From positions 1 to 59,720 of the forward strand of contig JACUUS010000001.1 of NCBI GenBank assembly GCA_014859215.1: 59,720 nucleotides of DNA. Direction: 5' to 3'. The translations under genes and the position numbers were made by a program. The notes below the pieces were generated by a model. It worked only from the letters and a program-made list of their open reading frames with translations. It did not search any database and was not told the origin of the DNA. Below, one piece after another: positions 54,943 to 59,720 of the stretch (positions within the stretch are counted from its first letter, which is position 1; each line of letters begins with the position of its first letter). The stretch is from Dehalococcoidia bacterium (GTDB lineage Bacteria; Chloroflexota; Dehalococcoidia; SZUA-161).

Positions 54943-55980
54943 ATGTCTTTCAAGGCTGTTGACCTGCTGGGGATATCCATGCTGATTGACTACGAAGCTA
55001 TGTTCAGGGAAGCCGGCGCTGAAATCGAACTGGTCAAGAACCCTTGTCCTCTGGGAGCAACCGAGGACGAGATAATCAGTGCGATCGGGGATGCGGACGC
55101 CGTCATCACCCAGACAACCTTCCAGAAGTTCACGAAGAAGGTCCTGGGCAGCCTGCCGAAGGTCAGACTCGTGTCGAGTATCGGCGTGGGCTACGACAAC
55201 CTGGACGTACCCGCGGCGACTGAGGCGGTGATCCTGGCGGCTAACGTGCCCGATGCCAGCACGGACGAAGTAGCCGAGCATACGCTGGGTCTCATTCTCT
55301 CCTGCACGCGAGGAATAATCGAACTGAATGAAATAGTGAAAGCAGGCAGGTGGACGGCGGTGGGCGATCCGCACATCGCGGGCAACGTCTGGCCCAGGTT
55401 GTCCCGCCTGCGGGGCCAGGCGCTGGGCATAATAGGCCTCGGGCGGATCGGACAGGCGGTGGCCTCGAGGGCAAAGGCTTTCGGGCTGACCGTCATGGCT
55501 TACGATCCATATATCTCAACCGCAGTCTTCGAGAAGGCCGGCGCTGAAAATCTCGGCCTTGCGGAACTGCTGGAGAAATCGGACATAGTCTCGCTGCACT
55601 GCCCCTTGACCGCGGAGACAAACGGCATGCTCGGCGTGGCGGAGCTGAAGAAGATGAAGAAGACCGCCTGCCTGATCAATACGGCTCGCGGCGCTATTGT
55701 CGACTTCGCCGCATTGTTCTCGGCCCTGAAGGAAGGGTACATAGCGATGGCGGCTTTCGACGTCACGGAGCCGGAACCTATCGAAGCTTCGAGTCCGCTT
55801 CTCGGGCTGCCCAATTTCATAGTCACCGCGCATTCGGCGGGCATTTCGCCGCAAGCCTTCTCGGAACTCCAGCGGCGCCCGGGGTATGAAGTGCTGAGGG
55901 TATACCGGGGAGAGTGGCCTGTAGGTCTGCTGAATCCCGAGGTGAAGGAAAGCTACTTGCGAAAATGGAAAAAGCCCTGA
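54943..55980 (+). CDS. D-isomer-specific 2-hydroxyacid dehydrogenase family protein
   Basis: Contains the NAD motif GIIGLGRIGQAVA, INTARG and the catalytic-type TAHSAG region. 345 aa. Confidence 0.85.
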   Translation: MSFKAVDLLGISMLIDYEAMFREAGAEIELVKNPCPLGATEDEIISAIGDADAVITQTTFQKFTKKVLGSLPKVRLVSSIGVGYDNLDVPAATEAVILAANVPDASTDEVAEHTLGLILSCTRGIIELNEIVKAGRWTAVGDPHIAGNVWPRLSRLRGQALGIIGLGRIGQAVASRAKAFGLTVMAYDPYISTAVFEKAGAENLGLAELLEKSDIVSLHCPLTAETNGMLGVAELKKMKKTACLINTARGAIVDFAALFSALKEGYIAMAAFDVTEPEPIEASSPLLGLPNFIVTAHSAGISPQAFSELQRRPGYEVLRVYRGEWPVGLLNPEVKESYLRKWKKP

Positions 55981-56010
55981 GTCAGCATCGGGAACAACCC
56001 GTGGAGCAAG

Positions 56011-56036
56011 CGGGGCCGACGGCCCGGCCCCGTTTA
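56011..56036 (+). terminator. candidate intrinsic terminator after the ThDP enzyme / dehydrogenase operon
   Basis: A GC-rich hairpin, CGGGGCC (56011-56017) pairing with GGCCCCG (56026-56032), followed by TTTACATA. Confidence 0.45.
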
Positions 56037-56421
56037 CATAAGGTGAAACAATGAGAAACAGATACCTGTGGAGGAGCCCTCTCCCGATCAAATCGGCCTC
56101 ATGAGCAAAGCCTTGCTCAGGACAGGGTTGACAACGGCTTCCTGCCTGTGGTATTCGTAGCTAGTCCGCGCGTCTGCGGGCCACCAACGGACTGACTTTC
56201 AGCTTCGATGGTCGCCTACAGTCCTGGACTAACAGGCGGACTAAGGACTTGCCACTAATCCTGAACAGCCGAGGCGGGTACGTACACATCCGTACTCGCG
56301 TCTTTCCCGGACTGTTCAATTTGACCAAATCCTGACTAGAAAGGGTGTGAGATGGTTATTCTTTGCCATTGACCGGACAATCACATGACCGTGAAATAAG
56401 GGATTTTTGAAGGGGGATTTG

Positions 56422-58674
56422 ATGAAGTCGGTATCCAGAATTACGGTCGGCCTCCTGGCGCTTGTATTGCTGATGACGATGGCGGCCGCCGTACCAGCTT
56501 CGGCCGGTGAGGGCCCGGGTATGGAACGGATAATGGTCCAGTTCGAGCCCGGTGTAAAAGCCAATGCCATGGCCGAGATACATAGTAAGGTCGGCGCCAA
56601 GTTCGAGGAGATCATTCCTGTGCTCGGCGTACAGGTTGTAACTGTACCCGAGAAGGCGACATCCTCAGTCCTGGCGGCGTATAACCGGCACAGCGACGTA
56701 GCTTACGCCGAGATTGACCACTCAGCCGGTGTGATAGAGCAGACGAATGATCCTTACCTGGGGTGGCAGTGGGGTTTAAGCAAAGTCCAGGCTTCGCAGG
56801 CGTGGGATGTGAATAAGGGAAGCTCTTCAGTGCGGGTGGCTGTTCTCGATGCGGGGATCGATCCCTGGCACCCGGACCTGTCCGGAAAAATAGTTGCCCA
56901 CAAGAACTTCACAGACAGCTATACGCCTTACGCGAACGGTCAATCTCACGGTACTCACGTAGCCGGTATTGTGGCCGCGGCGACGAACAACGGTGTAGGT
57001 ATAGCCGGCCTGGGGCGGAATACCAGCCTGATGAATGTGAAGGTGCTGGGGGACAGCGGGTATGGACAGTATTCCTGGATAGCAAGCGGGGTGATATGGG
57101 CAGCCGATAACGGCGCTGATGTGATAAATCTCAGCCTGGGCTCGCCGTCATATTCATCAACACTTGAGTCGGCAATCAACTATGCATGGAGCAAGGGTGT
57201 CCTGGTCGTGGCCGCCGCCGGGAACAATGGGAACTCCGGACCGTTCTATCCGGCTGGATGCTACTACGCGCTTTCGGTCGCGGCTACAGATTCATCTGAC
57301 AGGCTTGCCTCGTTCTCCAACTACGGGCAGTGGGTGGACGTGGCCGCGCCGGGCGTGTCCATCCTTTCAACCATGCCCAACAGCAGCTACAACTACTCTT
57401 CAGGCACGTCCATGGCTTCTCCGCACGTGGCAGGGCTGGCGGGCCTTCTTTACTCCACAGCCGTCGACACCAACGGGAACGGCCGGGTCAATGACGAGGT
57501 GTGGGCGCGCATTACGTCGACTACAGACCCGATCTCGGCGAACATCCGGAACGGGCGAATAAACGCCTACAAGGCAGTCAACGGCTTCGGCGGCTCTCAG
57601 CCGGGAGCCTTTGCCGGGACTGTGTACGATGTCTCGACCGGAGCGGCGATCAGCGGCGCGACTGTCTCAGCCGGCACGCGAACGGCGTCCACGGACAGCT
57701 CGGGCAGGTACCTGATCAGCAGTGTGCCCGCAGGCACCTACACAGTCACCGCATCGGCCTCGGCGTACGAGACCCGTGCCATGAATGCGTCAGTGTTCCC
57801 GGGAAAGACAAGCACAGTCAACTTCGGGTTGAACTCGCTCAACCGCGCCCCGGTGCTGTCCCCGATCGGAGATAAGGCTGCGGACGCCGGGCAGCTTCTG
57901 CAGTTCACTGTGTCGGCAACCGATCCGGATGGGGACAGCCTTACTTACTCCGCCGGCAACCTTCCGGCAGGCTCTACCTTCAATGCTTTGAGTCGCACCT
58001 TCTCATGGACTCCACGAACGGACCAGGCCGGGACATACCCGGGGGTAACCTTCACGGTGTCCGATGGCAGGCTCAGCGATTCTGAAGCGATTACCATTAC
58101 GGTCAGGGAAGCCGTGACCACGGGAAGAATCCTGGGAACGGTCGTTGATTCGAGAACTGGCTCTGCGATCGCCGGCGCGAGGGTTAGCGACGGAGTAAGA
58201 AGTACGATAACGAACTTCAGCGGGGCCTATGTACTCTCGAACGTGCCCGCCGGCAGCCACACCGTCTCGGTCTCGGCAAGCGGGTACAAACCGGTTTCCC
58301 AGGGTGGTGTCACGGTCTATGCGGGCGTGGATACCAGGATGAACTTCATGCTGCAGCCGGAAGCGGGGAAGACGATGTGGGTGGACTCGATCAAATTCAC
58401 GCCTTCGGGCAGGCACCTGGTTGTGACGGTGAAGGTAGTCGACCCGCAGCCGGTAGGCAATGCCTACGTCCTGCTGTCGGTGCAGAAGGATGGCGTTACT
58501 CAGACGTTCCCCGGTTACACCAGGTCGGATGGCGCAGTGAGCTTCACCATACGTTTTGCCACGAATGGGAGGTACACAGCGACGGTAAGCTCACTGGTGC
58601 ACATGAGCAGCGCGGACTATGCCTGGGACAAGACAAAAGGGGTTGTCTCCGGCAGCTACACGTTCAGCAGATAA
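56422..58674 (+). CDS. secreted subtilisin-family (S8) serine protease with I9 propeptide, two CarboxypepD_reg-like domains and an Ig/cadherin-like domain
   Basis: - Signal peptide: MKSVSRITVGLLALVLLMTMAAAVPASA.
- Catalytic triad blocks: VAVLDAGID, HGTHVAGIVAA, SGTSMASPHVAG.
- Repeated G.V.D..TG.AI.GA.VS...........G.Y......AG.YTVT modules.
- The start is moved to the ATG at 56422, which has AAGGGGGA upstream. Confidence 0.9.
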   Translation: MKSVSRITVGLLALVLLMTMAAAVPASAGEGPGMERIMVQFEPGVKANAMAEIHSKVGAKFEEIIPVLGVQVVTVPEKATSSVLAAYNRHSDVAYAEIDHSAGVIEQTNDPYLGWQWGLSKVQASQAWDVNKGSSSVRVAVLDAGIDPWHPDLSGKIVAHKNFTDSYTPYANGQSHGTHVAGIVAAATNNGVGIAGLGRNTSLMNVKVLGDSGYGQYSWIASGVIWAADNGADVINLSLGSPSYSSTLESAINYAWSKGVLVVAAAGNNGNSGPFYPAGCYYALSVAATDSSDRLASFSNYGQWVDVAAPGVSILSTMPNSSYNYSSGTSMASPHVAGLAGLLYSTAVDTNGNGRVNDEVWARITSTTDPISANIRNGRINAYKAVNGFGGSQPGAFAGTVYDVSTGAAISGATVSAGTRTASTDSSGRYLISSVPAGTYTVTASASAYETRAMNASVFPGKTSTVNFGLNSLNRAPVLSPIGDKAADAGQLLQFTVSATDPDGDSLTYSAGNLPAGSTFNALSRTFSWTPRTDQAGTYPGVTFTVSDGRLSDSEAITITVREAVTTGRILGTVVDSRTGSAIAGARVSDGVRSTITNFSGAYVLSNVPAGSHTVSVSASGYKPVSQGGVTVYAGVDTRMNFMLQPEAGKTMWVDSIKFTPSGRHLVVTVKVVDPQPVGNAYVLLSVQKDGVTQTFPGYTRSDGAVSFTIRFATNGRYTATVSSLVHMSSADYAWDKTKGVVSGSYTFSR

Positions 58675-58735
58675 GAACAGGGTAAGAGATGCCCGGTAAG
58701 GCTGTCCGGAGCATCTGACAATCAGGGGGAAGCGA

Positions 58736-58775
58736 GAGGGTGGAAGTGCCGAAGCACTTCCACCCTCGGCGTTTA
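58736..58775 (+). terminator. candidate intrinsic terminator between the two S8 genes
   Basis: A perfect 14-bp stem (58736-58749 pairing with 58754-58767, GAGGGTGGAAGTGC/GCACTTCCACCCTC) with a CGAA loop. It is followed by a weak U-tract, CGGCGTTTAT. Confidence 0.5.
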
Positions 58776-59039
58776 TGCGCTGTACTCGACATCGATGCCG
58801 CCGGCCGGGGGCCATGGACAGCTCCGGCCCGCCTGCCGCCTGGTGAAGCTGTTCAGCTCACCCTCCTCCCCGCTGATTTCTAAGGCCTAATCCTCAGGTA
58901 CTATCCAACGACCCTTACTATTTAGCACGCCGCATGTGAACGTAATGGTGATACCGCCCGGCGGGCTCATACTCTAGCATTAGTTTCAAGACTGCCTTCA
59001 ACCGCCTGAGGTCCCGCTCACCAAAAAGGAGGTTCTACA

Positions 59040-59720
59040 TGAGTCTTGCTCGGAAATGCTCCCGTCTTGCCATCGTGCTTCTGCTCATAGCCGGCCTGAT
59101 GGGAATAGCCCTGCCCGCCGGCGCAACCGGCCATAGCGGAGTAGCTCTCCCATCCGACAGGCTGATCGTCCAGTTCGAGCCGGGGACGCCCCCGGGGATC
59201 ATGGCCCTTGTCCACCAGCGAACGGGGGGCAGGGTGGAGGCTGTGATTCCTGCTATCGGCGCACAGGTAGTAACGGTGCCAGGGGGCCAGGGCCTGAATA
59301 GGGCCGCGGTCTACCGCTGGCACATGGAGGTGCTGTCCGCAGAGCCTGACAGCATCGCCTGTACAGCCGATGCTCCCAATGATCCCTATTTCGGGGCGCA
59401 GTGGGCCCTGAGCAAGGTGCAGGGGCCGGATGCCTGGACAGTAACGACAGGCAGCCGGGATATAGTCATTGCCATACTCGATACCGGCATAGATTCCAAA
59501 CATCCGGACCTGGCGGGCAAGATAGTAGCCAGCGTCAACTTCACGGACAGTCCCACCGCGGACTATAACGGCCACAATCACGGCACGCACGTGGCCGGAG
59601 TTGCCGCCGCCGTGACCAACAACGGAATAGGCGTTGCAGGGATGGGATATGACAGCAGCCTGATGAACGTGAAGGTCCTGGGCGACAGCGGCATCGGGTA
59701 TTACTCCTGGATCTCGCAGG
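59040..59720 (+). CDS. second subtilisin-family (S8) protease paralogue, 5' part only; runs off the right edge
   Basis: Absent from the ORF track because it is open at the edge. From the ATG at 59040, with AAGGAGG upstream, it reads MSLARKCSRLAIVLLLIAGLMGIALPAGA...LIVQFEPG...IAILDTGID...HGTHVAGVAAA...LMNVKVLGDSG. This runs parallel to the upstream protease. Confidence 0.85.

Noticed and set aside
59018-59590. 190-aa minus-strand ORF near the right edge
   Set aside because: The + strand frame from the ATG at 59040 encodes an obvious signal peptide, I9 propeptide and S8 catalytic blocks. The minus ORF is its shadow.
1-59720. Scan for CRISPR repeats, tRNA/rRNA genes, transposases, integrases, phage genes and toxin-antitoxin or restriction/defence modules
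   Set aside because: Reading the intergenic regions and ORF translations, I found no regularly spaced direct repeats, T-loop/acceptor-stem patterns, DDE or tyrosine-recombinase motifs, or nuclease/helicase defence-type proteins. A by-eye scan cannot exclude short or degenerate elements.

Overview
This is a bacterial fragment, moderately GC-rich by eye (not computed), with Shine-Dalgarno-led genes and a strong minus-strand bias. I call 49 protein-coding genes. I recognised no rRNA, tRNA, CRISPR array, transposase or integrase.

Layout:
- **1-18248:** a nine-gene alpha-glucan/trehalose cluster, plus a separate glgP. The order is treY (cut by the left edge), GH57, treZ, glgB, malQ, treS-maltokinase fusion, receiver-only response regulator, glgE.
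- **18384-26794:** the most interesting region. It is a tightly coupled six-ORF operon with two very divergent FtsZ/tubulin-superfamily GTPases. One is 908 aa with a long coiled-coil tail. The other is 460 aa with an N-terminal zinc ribbon. They flank a 788-aa polytopic membrane protein and a PH/GRAM-like protein. Upstream lies a secreted/single-pass protein whose reading frame is split by one in-frame TAG.
- **27364-32205:** a mycothiol/bacillithiol-like set: glyoxalase-II-like MBL hydrolase, PIG-L deacetylase, MshD-like double GNAT, MshA-like GT4 and a CelD/FemAB-like protein.
- **32112-39598:** USP, SDR, an NMO/FabK-like enzyme, tungsten-type aldehyde:ferredoxin oxidoreductase, CcdA plus a TlpA-like thiol-disulfide pair, and a PKD surface protein.
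- **39794-52131:** a long co-directional sulfur-trafficking and sulfur-amino-acid run. It contains TusA, a DsrE-like protein, a Zn-ribbon protein, IscU, NifS, ferredoxin, NadA, MOSC, MnmA, a NIL protein, a ThrC-like enzyme, a Cys/Met PLP enzyme, CysE, a 2-hydroxyacyl-CoA-dehydratase-like pair and two tandem Rrf2 regulators.
- **52648-59720:** a Cys-rich hypothetical, a ThDP enzyme, a 2-hydroxyacid dehydrogenase and two tandem S8 proteases, the second cut by the right edge.

All functional calls come from reading the translated ORFs for motifs. No database search was possible.
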